Part shown: positions 47,515 to 56,708 of the stretch, piece after piece
Layout of the letters: every line of letters starts with the position of its first letter
How positions within the stretch are numbered: the first letter of the stretch is position 1
Assembly: GCA_041651415.1 (NCBI GenBank)
Contig: JBAZJH010000002.1
Location: 111,075-175,074, forward strand
Source of the DNA: Minisyncoccota bacterium
GTDB taxonomy: Bacteria > Patescibacteriota > Minisyncoccia > UBA6257 > XYB1-36-10
Direction: 5' to 3'
Length of the DNA: 64,000 nt
Notes under the pieces: generated by a model
What the model saw: only the letters and a program-made list of their open reading frames with translations
What the model was told of the DNA's origin: nothing
Databases searched by the model: none
Made by a program: the position numbers and the translations under genes

Positions 47515-49049
47515 CTTATTATGTATTTTAGCAGACTTTGTCCGGTCATATCGTTCGGTTTTTCCACTCCCAAAAGTTCAAGAACGGTTGGAGCGACATC
47601 AGAAAGAAGACCGACAGTGGTTGATTCTTCGGAAGAGACTTCGCTTTCGCTTTTTTTTCTTTCATATTCGCGAGCTATGAGAATAAAAGGGACAGAATTT
47701 TTAGTATTTTTAGTTTCGGGTAAGCCGGTTTCCGGGTCCACCATTTCTTCGATGTTGCCGTGACTGCCGACTAAAATAACGGGAGTGTCGCTTTCCATAG
47801 CGGAACGGATAACTTTATTAACTTCGTCATCTATTATTTTGACAGTGTTTTTAGCAGCCGCGAGATTGCCGGTGTGGCCGATAATATCAAAGTTGGCATA
47901 GTTGACGACAATCAGATTAAAAACATTTTCATTAATGGATTGAATGGCGCGAGCGGTGATTTCCGAGGCGCGCATAGCGGGAAACTGTTCCTGGTGAGGG
48001 GTGCTGTTAGAAGGAACGAGAACCCGATATTCGTTTGGAAAAGGCTTTTCGTTAAAACCGTTCAGAAAATAAGTAAGAGGATAATATTTTAAAGTTTCTC
48101 CGATTTTAATTTGGGTTTTTCCCTGGTTGGAAATGATTTTTCCAAGAGGATTTTTTATGGAATCTTGAGGAAAGGCGACGGAAGCGGAAAAACCGGGGTC
48201 ATATTCGGTAAAAGTAACAAAAGAAATATCCTTGAGCGGAAGACGGGTAAATTCTTCAAATGATTTATCGATAAAAGAAGAGGCGAGCTGCCAAGAGCTG
48301 TCTTCGCTGAAGTTGAAGAAAATAACGGAATCGTTGTCTTTTATTATTTGCGGATTTTCTCCAACAAGAGACGATTCAACAAATTCATCACTTAAGTTGC
48401 GGCTGTAAGCGGACTCAAGAATTTCCGGAACACTTTTTGAAATTTTATTCTGGCCGGTTAAGGTTTTGTAAACTTTTTCAGTGCGGTCCCAGTTTTCATT
48501 TTCGTCCATAGCGTAAAAGCGGCCGGAGAGAGAAGAAACTTTGCTTGGGTCGGGAAGCTTTTTTATCAGAGCGGCGGCGGATTTAGCCGGACTATCTTTG
48601 CCGTCAGTAAACAAGTGGAGAGAGTAAGAAGCGTTTTCCGAATCGGCCATTTTAATCAAAGCTTCAAGGTGTTCAAAGGAAGAATCAATATTAGAAGAGC
48701 TTAAAAGTCCGACGAAATGAAGACCGGCATTTTTTTCTTTGGCGGATTTTATAGCTTCGAGAATTTTTTCATTTTTAAAAAATTCGCCGCTTTTTATAAA
48801 GAGAGAGATGCGGGGATATGATTGATAAATAATTTTTCCAGCGCCAATCGAGAGATGGCCGATTTCACTATTGCCCGGTTCTCCCCAAGGGAGGCCGACG
48901 GCAATGCCGGCAGATTGAAGGGAGCCACCCGGAAAATTTCTTTTTAAATATTCAAGGGTTTTGGGATCGGCTGAGTGGAGAGGGTTGTTTTCTTCCCTTT
49001 TTCCGACACCCCAACCGTCTAAGATTAAAAGAACAAGATTTTTTTTCAT
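47511..49049 (-). CDS. gpmI: 2,3-BPG-independent phosphoglycerate mutase homolog (several catalytic residues substituted)
   Basis: LLILDGWG, GNSEIGH, GRFYAMD, NYANFDIIGHTG, LSDVAPT. Confidence 0.88.
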   Translation of the reverse strand: MKKNLVLLILDGWGVGKREENNPLHSADPKTLEYLKRNFPGGSLQSAGIAVGLPWGEPGNSEIGHLSIGAGKIIYQSYPRISLFIKSGEFFKNEKILEAIKSAKEKNAGLHFVGLLSSSNIDSSFEHLEALIKMADSENASYSLHLFTDGKDSPAKSAAALIKKLPDPSKVSSLSGRFYAMDENENWDRTEKVYKTLTGQNKISKSVPEILESAYSRNLSDEFVESSLVGENPQIIKDNDSVIFFNFSEDSSWQLASSFIDKSFEEFTRLPLKDISFVTFTEYDPGFSASVAFPQDSIKNPLGKIISNQGKTQIKIGETLKYYPLTYFLNGFNEKPFPNEYRVLVPSNSTPHQEQFPAMRASEITARAIQSINENVFNLIVVNYANFDIIGHTGNLAAAKNTVKIIDDEVNKVIRSAMESDTPVILVGSHGNIEEMVDPETGLPETKNTKNSVPFILIAREYERKKSESEVSSEESTTVGLLSDVAPTVLELLGVEKPNDMTGQSLLKYIIR

Positions 49050-49116
49050 AAATTGCCGATTTTTGACAAGAAGGGAATAATTAGTATATTATTATTGTAT
49101 CATATTTTAAAAGAGT

Positions 49117-49312
49117 CATTTTGAAAAAAGAAATTAAACGAGCTTCTTAGCTTGCGGTTTCTGGAAAAAAAATAAATTTATGTTTTTTGCAAGGAATTCT
49201 TTAAAGCAATTTTTAACCTTACTAAAAAAGGAAAAAAGAGCTGCTTTTAAAAAAGTTTTAAACTTCATAGGAGGGCGAAATTAAACATTTTCTTATTTTT
49301 ATCTTTCAGAAA
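49117..49312 (+). ncRNA. possible 6S RNA or structured leader upstream of rny
   Basis: TTGACA-type promoter at about 49063, ORF-free approx. 250 nt, weak end-to-end complementarity; position upstream of rny. Confidence 0.3.
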
Positions 49313-49336
49313 AACGCTTAAGGGGCGCTAAATTTT

Positions 49337-50866
49337 ATGATTTTAGAAAATAACTTGGTTTTTTTGGCGGGGCTGGCGGCGGTTTCGGCGATAATCGGAT
49401 TTTTTCTTAACCGGCTGATTTCTATTTATTTGACGGGAACGGCGGAACAGACGGCAAAAAAGAGAATAGAGGAGGCGCAGACAAACGCGCAAGATTTGGT
49501 TTTAAAAGCCAAAGAAAAGGCAGTGCAGATTTTAGAAGAGGCAAAGGAGGAGGAAAGGGTGAAAAAGGCCCAGCTTGATAAAATGGAAGAAAGGATTTTA
49601 AAGAAAGAAGACCAGTTGGAAGAAGGAACAAAAGAAGTGGAAAAACAGAAAGTGAAAATAGTTCAGGATGTGGAAAAGTTGAAATTGGCCAAACAGCAGA
49701 TAGAAGAAATGAAAGGAAGAGTGGCGGAGGAATTAGAAAAGGCGGCGGGAATGAAGAGAGAGGAGGCGAAAGAAAAATTAATGAAAGAGATAAGAGAAGC
49801 AAGTCGAGAAGATTTGGCGATATTGTCGCAAAAACTAGAAAAAGAAAGAAGAGAGGAAATAGAAAAAAAGAGTTTGGAAATCATAACTTCTTCAATTCAG
49901 AGATACGCAAGGTCAAATATTTCGGAGATGACAACAAGCGTTTATCATTTGCCGGACGAGGATTTAAAGGGAAAAATCATCGGACGGGAAGGGAGAAATA
50001 TAAGAACAATAGAGAGAATGACCGGAGTGGAGTTGATAGTTGATGAAGCGCCGGACAGCGTGGTGCTTTCTTCTTATGACCCGATGCGAAGAGAAATAGC
50101 GAGAATAGCTCTTGATAAACTTTTAAAGGATGGAAGAATACAGCCGGCAAAAATAGAAGAGAAAGTGGAAGAAGCCAAGCAAGAACTGGCAAAAAGAATG
50201 CAGGAAAAGGGAGAAGAAGCGGCTCTTGAGGTGGGGGTTTATGATTTGCCGAAAGAAATAATCCAGCTGCTCGGAAGATTATATTTCAGAACAAGTTATG
50301 GGCAGAATGTTTTGAATCATTCAGTGGAAATGGCGCATATCGCGAGAATGATTGCGTCAGAGCTTGGATTAAACGCGGAGATAACCAAAAAGGCGGCTTT
50401 GCTTCACGATATTGGGAAAGCGATAGACCACGAAGTGGAAGGAACGCACGTGGAAATCGGAAGAAAGATATTGAAAAAATACAATATAGACGAACAAGTG
50501 ATCAGAGCGATGGAATCGCATCACGATGATTATCCATATTCTGTGCCGGAAGCTTTTGTGGTGGCTGCGGCAGACGCCTTATCGGCGGCAAGGCCGGGAG
50601 CAAGAAGAGAGACGGTAGAGAACTTTATAAAGCGGTTGGAAGAATTAGAGCAAGTGGCTAAGAGCTTTAACGGAGTGCGCGATGTTTACGCTATTTCAGC
50701 AGGAAGAGAGCTGAGAGTGTTTGTGATTCCGGAAAAAATAGACGATTTTGGAGCGCTGACACTGGCAAGAGATATCGCTAAAAAAATAGAATCAGAGCTT
50801 AAATATCCGGGAGAAATAAAAGTGAATGTAATAAGGGAGATGAGAGCGGTGGAATACGCAAAATAA
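49337..50866 (+). CDS. rny: ribonuclease Y
   Basis: N-terminal TM and coiled coil, KGKIIGREGRNIR KH, RTSYGQN, LLHDIGKA HD, SAARPGAR. Confidence 0.97.
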   Translation: MILENNLVFLAGLAAVSAIIGFFLNRLISIYLTGTAEQTAKKRIEEAQTNAQDLVLKAKEKAVQILEEAKEEERVKKAQLDKMEERILKKEDQLEEGTKEVEKQKVKIVQDVEKLKLAKQQIEEMKGRVAEELEKAAGMKREEAKEKLMKEIREASREDLAILSQKLEKERREEIEKKSLEIITSSIQRYARSNISEMTTSVYHLPDEDLKGKIIGREGRNIRTIERMTGVELIVDEAPDSVVLSSYDPMRREIARIALDKLLKDGRIQPAKIEEKVEEAKQELAKRMQEKGEEAALEVGVYDLPKEIIQLLGRLYFRTSYGQNVLNHSVEMAHIARMIASELGLNAEITKKAALLHDIGKAIDHEVEGTHVEIGRKILKKYNIDEQVIRAMESHHDDYPYSVPEAFVVAAADALSAARPGARRETVENFIKRLEELEQVAKSFNGVRDVYAISAGRELRVFVIPEKIDDFGALTLARDIAKKIESELKYPGEIKVNVIREMRAVEYAK

Positions 50867-50910
50867 GAGAAGAAAATCATTTAATTTTTACTGGTAGAAA
50901 GTTAAATAAA

Positions 50911-50956
50911 AGAGGAGGGTGGGGTGATAATATTGCCCCGATAAAATACGGGGTAA
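50911..50956. repeat. partial family B element (purine tract plus CCCCG hairpin)
   Basis: GGGGTGATAATATTGCCCCGATAAAATACGGGGTAAAT, close to 24130-24170. Confidence 0.6.
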
Positions 50957-51097
50957 ATATTTTTCTTTGTAAAAAAGACCGTTTGGATTTTAAGGTTTTT
51001 GAGGAATTTGGCTTTTTTATTCAGGAAATGCTATAATCAAGCCATAATTAGAAAAGCAGGAAAGGTCGTTTTAGCTTTTAAACTTTAAAATTTCTCA

Positions 51098-51373
51098 ATG
51101 AATAAGGAAAAATTGGTTGATGTAGTAATGGAGGCGGCGGGACTGGAAACAAGAACTTCCGCCAAAACCGCGGTTGACGCTGTTTTTGACGCTATCACAA
51201 AGGAACTCTCAAACGGAGAGGAGGTAGCGATCGCCGGCTTTGGAACTTTCAAAGCTTCAAAGAGAGCTGCAAGAATGGGAGTAAATCCCAAAACTGGAGC
51301 AAAAATCCAGATTGCGGCGACAACAGTTCCGAAATTCAAAGCTGGAAAAGCTTTGAAGGATGCAGTAAAGTAA
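51098..51373 (+). CDS. hup: HU family DNA-binding protein
   Basis: MNKEKLV, GFGTFK, RAARMGVNPKTG, PKFKAGKALK. Confidence 0.96.
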   Translation: MNKEKLVDVVMEAAGLETRTSAKTAVDAVFDAITKELSNGEEVAIAGFGTFKASKRAARMGVNPKTGAKIQIAATTVPKFKAGKALKDAVK

Positions 51374-51395
51374 ACGAAAAATTAGGCAAACTAAT

Positions 51396-51431
51396 AAAAA
51401 ATTCCTCCGCTTTAGACGGAGGAATTTTTTT
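51396..51431. terminator. bidirectional terminator
   Basis: AAAAATTCCTCCG..CGGAGGAATTTTT between convergent genes. Confidence 0.8.
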
Positions 51432-51439
51432 ATAAAAAG

Positions 51440-52342
51440 TTAAAAACCTAATATTTTTTCAACGGACTTACTGACTTTAAAAAAATCCTGATAAGCTTCT
51501 TTTATTTTATCAAGTGATTCTTTGATAAGCTTATCGGCAAATTCTTTTTCTTCTTCCGGTTTCACTTCTTCTTTTTCTTCAGTTTTTTCGGATGTTTCTT
51601 TATCTTCCCCTTTTACTTCTTGGTTAGAAATTAAAGCATCGGGAGTGGAAGTGGCAGATGTCTCTTCAATAAACTTTTTAAAGTCTTCATTAATTAAAGA
51701 ATAAGCTTTGTTGTTCAGTTCTGAAGCGGCGCTTATTTTTTTAGATGAGCTTGAAAGAAGGTTATTTATTTCTTTATTTTCGATAGAAAGCATTTTCTTA
51801 AGAGAAGAGGAAATTTTAGCCAGCCGGACTTCGGCAGTTCCAATAATATTTTTTTGTTTGAAGAAATAAGTAAAATTCACCACTTTTTTAATAAGGGGAG
51901 AATAAACATTTTGGCGCCAATCAAGAATCTCTTTGGCAAGTTCTTTTATTTTTTCCCGGTCGTCTTTTATTTCTTTAAAGACGTTATTTTTTTCTTCAAA
52001 AAATTTGAAAAACTCATCTATTTTCAGGAGAAAAACTTCTCTTATTTTTCCATCTTCATCTCCCAGTTTTTTGAGGTTGTTAAGTTCCGATTTTATTTCT
52101 TCCAGCTCTTTTCCGGAGCAAGAGATAATGGAATCAAGAAGAATTTTTTTAGCTTCAAATTCAAGGTCGGATTTTTTCTCTTCGGAAAGCTTAAGGTCAT
52201 CTTTAACAAGAAGAAGATTGTTTAATTTTTCTTCAATTTGTTCATTGCAGGTTTTTTCAGCAGCCAAGGCGGTAAAATTTGAAAAAGAAAACAAACCAAG
52301 AATAGCAAGTAATAAAGAAGAAGTTTTAATTATTTTTCGCAT
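51440..52342 (-). CDS. secreted coiled-coil hypothetical protein
   Basis: Signal-peptide-like N-terminus ending ALA; last gene of the ECF operon. Confidence 0.7.
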   Translation of the reverse strand: MRKIIKTSSLLLAILGLFSFSNFTALAAEKTCNEQIEEKLNNLLLVKDDLKLSEEKKSDLEFEAKKILLDSIISCSGKELEEIKSELNNLKKLGDEDGKIREVFLLKIDEFFKFFEEKNNVFKEIKDDREKIKELAKEILDWRQNVYSPLIKKVVNFTYFFKQKNIIGTAEVRLAKISSSLKKMLSIENKEINNLLSSSSKKISAASELNNKAYSLINEDFKKFIEETSATSTPDALISNQEVKGEDKETSEKTEEKEEVKPEEEKEFADKLIKESLDKIKEAYQDFFKVSKSVEKILGF

Positions 52343-52346
52343 TAGT

Positions 52347-52826
52347 TTAATCTAAAATTTCGCTTAAAGCTTTATCGATGTTTTTGCCGGTCGGATCTTC
52401 CAGTTTAAGAAGATTTGTTTCTTTATCCAAAATGACTTCTTCAAAATAAACAGGGTCGTCTTTAATGGTTTGGTTTAAGGCGGTTTTAACAGTTTGGTTG
52501 GATTCTTGATAATAAGCGAGTTTAGAGATGTTGACATCAATGCCTAAGCTTTCCGCTTCGGCTTCAAGTGTTTTGAGGTCAAGGCCGGCAATAACCATTG
52601 GAAGATTTGATTTTTCGAGATAGTTAAATCCGCCAAGAATAAGAACAATAAGAGCGGCAGTCAGGGAAGTAGCGGTTAAGTATCTGAAAATTTCAGAAAC
52701 TTGGCTGGGCATCCAGTAAATAAGTTTTCTATTGGAGGAAAGCACTAAAAAGCGGGACTTCTCGGAAAAGTTTTTGTCAGGAATAATGCTTTTTAAGCTT
52801 TTAAGTTGTTCAATTATTTTCTCCAT
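52347..52826 (-). CDS. putative anti-sigma factor (single TM)
   Basis: Overlaps the ECF sigma gene; one TM helix. Confidence 0.55.
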   Translation of the reverse strand: MEKIIEQLKSLKSIIPDKNFSEKSRFLVLSSNRKLIYWMPSQVSEIFRYLTATSLTAALIVLILGGFNYLEKSNLPMVIAGLDLKTLEAEAESLGIDVNISKLAYYQESNQTVKTALNQTIKDDPVYFEEVILDKETNLLKLEDPTGKNIDKALSEILD

Positions 52827-53364
52827 TTTCTTCTTTTAGAATTTTCTTTAATTTGTTTACGGCTCTAAATTGAATAAGTTTTACCGCGCCGATACTTTTA
52901 TCAAGAGCAAGAGCAACTTCTTTTATGGGCAGGTCTTCAACAAAGCGCATAATCAGGACATCTTGCTGTTCTTCGGTTATTTTAGCCATCGCATTCCTTA
53001 TTCTCTCAAGTTCCATTGATTTTTCAGCAAGCAGTTCTGGAAAGGAAGAACTTTCGATAGCATTTTCGTCCATAGATTCAAAACTGGAAACCGGTTTTTT
53101 TGAGCGATAATAATCAATAACTTTATTTTTCGCTATTTTATAAAGCCAGCTGGAAAAAGGAACTTCTTTTATTCTGAAACTTTTTATATTCTGCCAAGCG
53201 CTTAAAAAAACCTGGTGAGTAATATCTTCTGATTCTTCTCTATTGCCTACTTTGAGAAAAATAAAACGATAAATTCTTGGCTGGTGAAAGTCGTAAAGTT
53301 CTCCAAAACTTTCCCTTTTTCCGGCACAAGCTTGCCTTATTAGATTTTCTTCTTTTTCTATCAT
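52810..53364 (-). CDS. ECF sigma-70 family factor
   Basis: EDITHQVFL, FSSWLYKIAKNKVIDYYR, region 4 HTH. Confidence 0.92.
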   Translation of the reverse strand: MIEKEENLIRQACAGKRESFGELYDFHQPRIYRFIFLKVGNREESEDITHQVFLSAWQNIKSFRIKEVPFSSWLYKIAKNKVIDYYRSKKPVSSFESMDENAIESSSFPELLAEKSMELERIRNAMAKITEEQQDVLIMRFVEDLPIKEVALALDKSIGAVKLIQFRAVNKLKKILKEENGENN

Positions 53365-53472
53365 ATTACAACGATTTTTTAAGGGATAAGTTACCCAAAA
53401 GAACCGATAAAATGCTCTAAAACACAAGATTATTTAAAGAGAGAGCAAGTTTTCCAAGTGGAAACATTAAGA

Positions 53473-53760
53473 TTATTGTTTATCAATTTCTTGAGAAAAA
53501 TCATCAAGAGAAGAGGACTCGGATTCAAGGTCGCTAAATATGTCTTTTACTGAACCAGTTTGCGGCTTGGAGTTATCAATTTTTTCGTTTTGGTTATCAT
53601 TTAGACTCTTTTTTTCGGAATTAGTTATGGGTTCTGCCAAATTGGCATTTTCCTCCGGAGCGGGAGTTTGGGATTTAATGAGATAATGAACAAAAAAAAC
53701 TATAAAAATGATAGCTAAAACAATGGAAAGAGTCCAAAAGATATTTATTTTTTTAGGCAT
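53473..53760 (-). CDS. small membrane-anchored hypothetical protein
   Basis: N-terminal TM, acidic C-terminus. Confidence 0.6.
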   Translation of the reverse strand: MPKKINIFWTLSIVLAIIFIVFFVHYLIKSQTPAPEENANLAEPITNSEKKSLNDNQNEKIDNSKPQTGSVKDIFSDLESESSSLDDFSQEIDKQ

Positions 53761-53918
53761 AGACGATTAAAGCACAAAATACAAATTTAAAATGACAAAT
53801 ATTAATAAAAAACGATGTTTTTATTATACAACGGCAATTTAAGAATTACTAACAAAAAAGCAAATTGAGGAAAACAATCTAATTTATATATAACCAGAGA
53901 AAAATAAAAGAATAATCT

Positions 53919-53992
53919 TGGAGCGGGATACGGGAATCGAACCCGCGTCTTCTGCTTGGAAGGCAGGCGCACTGCCACTGTGCTAATCCCGC
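53919..53992 (-). tRNA. tRNA-Gly(TCC)
   Basis: GCGGGATTAG...CTGC-CTTCCAA-GCAG...GGTTCGATTCC...TCCA. Confidence 0.95.
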
Positions 53993-54104
53993 TTTTTTCT
54001 TGATATTAAAGATAATACTTTGATTTTTTTTATAAAGCAAGAGCTTAAAAGAAGCTTTTTAGCAAGATTGATTATTTTTTTGAAAGGAGATAAGATGCTT
54101 CAAG

Positions 54105-54713
54105 ATGAATATGCGGTTTTTTGATTTTCCGAACAAAATTAAATTTCCGGCTTTGTTTATTGCCATAATTCTTTTGGCTTATTTGTTTTGGAGAATAGTT
54201 TTAGTCGGAGGGTCTTTTGTGCCAAAGGAATTTTTAGAAGCAAATCAGCAAGGAGCTTTAATAGCCACTCAAATAGTGGATTTTTCAAAAAAATCGGTTA
54301 GCAATATTGATAAAATCAATGATTTAGACAGAGAGGAAAATTATTCCGAGGCGCTCAATCTGATTATGGAAGAAATAAGCAGAAACGAAGAGATGAAAAA
54401 AGAAGCTTATAATCTTTCGTTTGAATTGGCTAAAATGGCGGAAACTTTAAAAGAAATAAAACCGAAAGTGGCAACGGAAACAGCTTTGCGAGGAATAAAT
54501 TATGAAACTTCTTTAATAATCCGGTTGATAAACTACAACGCTTTTATGGGAAATCTATTAATAACTTTGAGAGATAAATTTACGGGGAAGATGGTGGAGG
54601 AAGGAAAAGTGGGAGAGATAATCAAAAAAATAAACGACGAGGCGACGGCGATAAATGATTTAAACGAACAGTATAAGGCGGCGATGAATGAGTTTGATGA
54701 GAAAATAAAATGA
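54105..54713 (+). CDS. membrane-anchored helical hypothetical protein
   Basis: N-terminal TM, 202 aa ORF. Confidence 0.7.
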   Translation: MNMRFFDFPNKIKFPALFIAIILLAYLFWRIVLVGGSFVPKEFLEANQQGALIATQIVDFSKKSVSNIDKINDLDREENYSEALNLIMEEISRNEEMKKEAYNLSFELAKMAETLKEIKPKVATETALRGINYETSLIIRLINYNAFMGNLLITLRDKFTGKMVEEGKVGEIIKKINDEATAINDLNEQYKAAMNEFDEKIK

Positions 54714-54836
54714 AACTTCACGGCCTTAAGGCCGTAGAATCTTAAAGTTTCACCCCGACCAAAGTCGGGTTTTATTAAATCTTTACCGCGAAAACTTCTA
54801 AACTGACATGCGGGGTTTGAAGCTGAGATTTAATAA
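54710..54836 (+). repeat. family A repeat, copy 4
   Basis: Starts at the stop codon of the 54105 ORF. Confidence 0.85.
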
Positions 54837-54871
54837 AAGATCCTCCGATACAATCGGAGGATCTTTTATGT

Positions 54872-55208
54872 TGGTGCCGCGAGAGGGAATCGAACCCCCG
54901 ACACGATGCTCTTCCAAATAATGAATCTCAAATTACTTTGAGGATTGGACTATATCATCACCCATATAAATGGGGCTAGGCGCTTCCTCCAACCTAACGT
55001 CGGAGTACTCCGTTAAGGATAGTCTCTGAACCTTTCTAGCTCCAGTTCATAAAAAAACTGGGGCTGGACTTGGCTGCTGATTGCCCAGCTTCAGTTTTTA
55101 AAAAAACTGAAGCTGGGTTTCCAGCAATTCACCTAGTTTTCATTTCCAAATTACTTCGGAACGGCCCAAAGAGTTTAGGCATCTGCTCTACCACTGAGCT
55201 ACCGCGGC
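54872..55208 (-). tRNA. tRNA-Phe(GAA) interrupted by a group I intron
   Basis: 5' exon 55208-55177 (GCCGCGGTAGCTCAG...GATGCCT) and 3' exon 54914-54872 (GAAGAGCATC...GCGGCACCA) rebuild the arm GATGC-CTGAAGA-GCATC. Confidence 0.9.
54915..55176 (-). ncRNA. group I self-splicing intron (262 nt, no ORF)
   Basis: P AATTGCTGGAAA, Q AATCAGCAGCC, R GTTCAGAGACTA, S ATGATATAGTCC; P1 with U-G at the 5' splice site; terminal G. Confidence 0.9.
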
Positions 55209-55259
55209 TAACAAAAAAAGCTTATAATATTTTTCAAATCTATTCAATACTTAATAAAA

Positions 55260-55432
55260 TAAAACTTATTTGTCGGGCTGCTGGGAATTTCACTACTCCT
55301 CGCCTACGGCTCGTGCGTTTTAAAACCCCTCGGTTTTAATATTTCCGCTACGGGAAAACTCCCGTTTTCCCGACCCCTTTCCCGTTCAATTCCCTAAATA
55401 AGTAAAACTTATTTGTCGGGCTGCTGGGAATT
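55260..55432 (-). repeat. tRNA-Pro 3'-end duplication flanking an approx. 113-bp structured element
   Basis: 30-bp direct repeat TAAAACTTATTTGTCGGGCTGCTGGGAATT at 55260 and 55403. Confidence 0.8.
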
Positions 55433-55486
55433 GAACCCAGTCTGCTTGCTCCCAAAGCAAGTGTACTACCGGTATACGACAGCCCG
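55416..55486 (-). tRNA. tRNA-Pro(TGG)
   Basis: CGGGCTG...CTTGC-TTTGGGA-GCAAG...GGTTCAATTCC. Confidence 0.93.
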
Positions 55487-55559
55487 TTTCAAGACTCACT
55501 CTAACAAAAAATTGCTTGCGAAACAAGCAGTAAAATGATAAATTATAATCGTTAAATTT

Positions 55560-55631
55560 GCCCCCGTAGCTCAATGGATAGAGCAGTAGCCTTCTAAGCT
55601 ACTGATGAGGGTCCGATTCCTTCCGGGGGTA
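55560..55631 (+). tRNA. tRNA-Arg(TCT)
   Basis: GCCCCCGTAGCTCAATGGATAGAGC, GTAGC-CTTCTAA-GCTAC; T loop TCCGATT. Confidence 0.9.
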
Positions 55632-55949
55632 CAAAAAATCCCGAAATTATTTTCGGGATTCAACAGGGAGAGAAAAAATTTTGCATTCAGTTTTTTTATT
55701 TTTTTCGTTTGGTTTTTCCTGAAGAATGTGGCGGATTTTTGGTCGGCCGAATTTGGGGCTTGAAGGAAGCGAATAGACGGTTGCTTTTAAGCCGAGTGTT
55801 CGATCTCTGAAGTGAAGTATAAAAAGTTTTTCCATTTTTTCTCCTTATTTTAAGAGCTGATTTTTTTATACAGGTTTTGAGAAACAAAAGCAAATTTAAA
55901 AATTGACCGAAGGAGATTTTTAAGATAGGATTTTAAAGAAAATTAAGAT

Positions 55950-56022
55950 GGTGCCTATAGTTTAACGGTTAGAACTTCCCCCTGTGGAGGGGACGGTTCG
56001 GGTTCGATTCCCGATAGGCACC
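55950..56022 (+). tRNA. tRNA-His(GTG)
   Basis: G-1 encoded; TCCCC-CTGTGGA-GGGGA anticodon arm; GGTTCGATTCC. Confidence 0.95.
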
Positions 56023-56174
56023 CTAGGTTCTAATGATATTAAGTTAGGGGGAAAAATTGGGCGAGGTTGGAAATTAAATATATTTTAGAAGAACTCAGGA
56101 TTGATTGACAAGTTTGGTTTTATTTTGTATTTTGTAATCAGAAAAGTTGAAAACTAAATAAAGGAGAGAAGGGG

Positions 56175-56510
56175 ATGGCTGAGATAATTGAGTTGTTTAA
56201 GAAAAAAGATGAAGAACCTGCTTCTGAAAAAGATTCCAAAAGAGAAGATTTGCCTGGGTATTTTCCTTGTCTTAATGACTTTTTTGCGTTAAAGGAAGGA
56301 ATTGAACCAGAAAAAATGGATTTAATAAGAAATTTAAAAGGAAGTTGCGGAATTTCGGAGTCTTCTTTAAATGGCGCAAGAGCGTTAGTAGGAAAATATT
56401 CAAAGGAGGAATTGATCTCTATGATTAATAAATCTTCTGACATTCTCATAAGGTCAAAACCAGCATTTTTTATTGCGGCATACGAAAAAGTTATTTCCCG
56501 AGAAGAGTAG
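56175..56510 (+). CDS. hypothetical protein
   Basis: AGGAG SD, TTGACA promoter at about 56106, terminator at about 56540. Confidence 0.65.
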   Translation: MAEIIELFKKKDEEPASEKDSKREDLPGYFPCLNDFFALKEGIEPEKMDLIRNLKGSCGISESSLNGARALVGKYSKEELISMINKSSDILIRSKPAFFIAAYEKVISREE

Positions 56511-56708
56511 AAAAAGGGGAGTGTAAAAGACAAAAAATAATCCTCGCACTAAGCGGGGATTTTTATTTATATTTTTATAGAACAGGTTCTAATTTGAAGG
56601 GTTTTTGATGATATTGACAAGATATGTAAAATATGCTATACTTTTAATAGCTTTTTAAAATCATTAAGATTGACTCTTAATGAAAAAACTTCTTGACGGA
56701 GGATTATC

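Noticed and set aside
55070-55574. ORFs 55070..55339 and 55386..55574 (possible homing endonuclease)
   Set aside because: They overlap tRNA-Phe/intron and tRNA-Pro and have no LAGLIDADG, HNH or GIY-YIG motif
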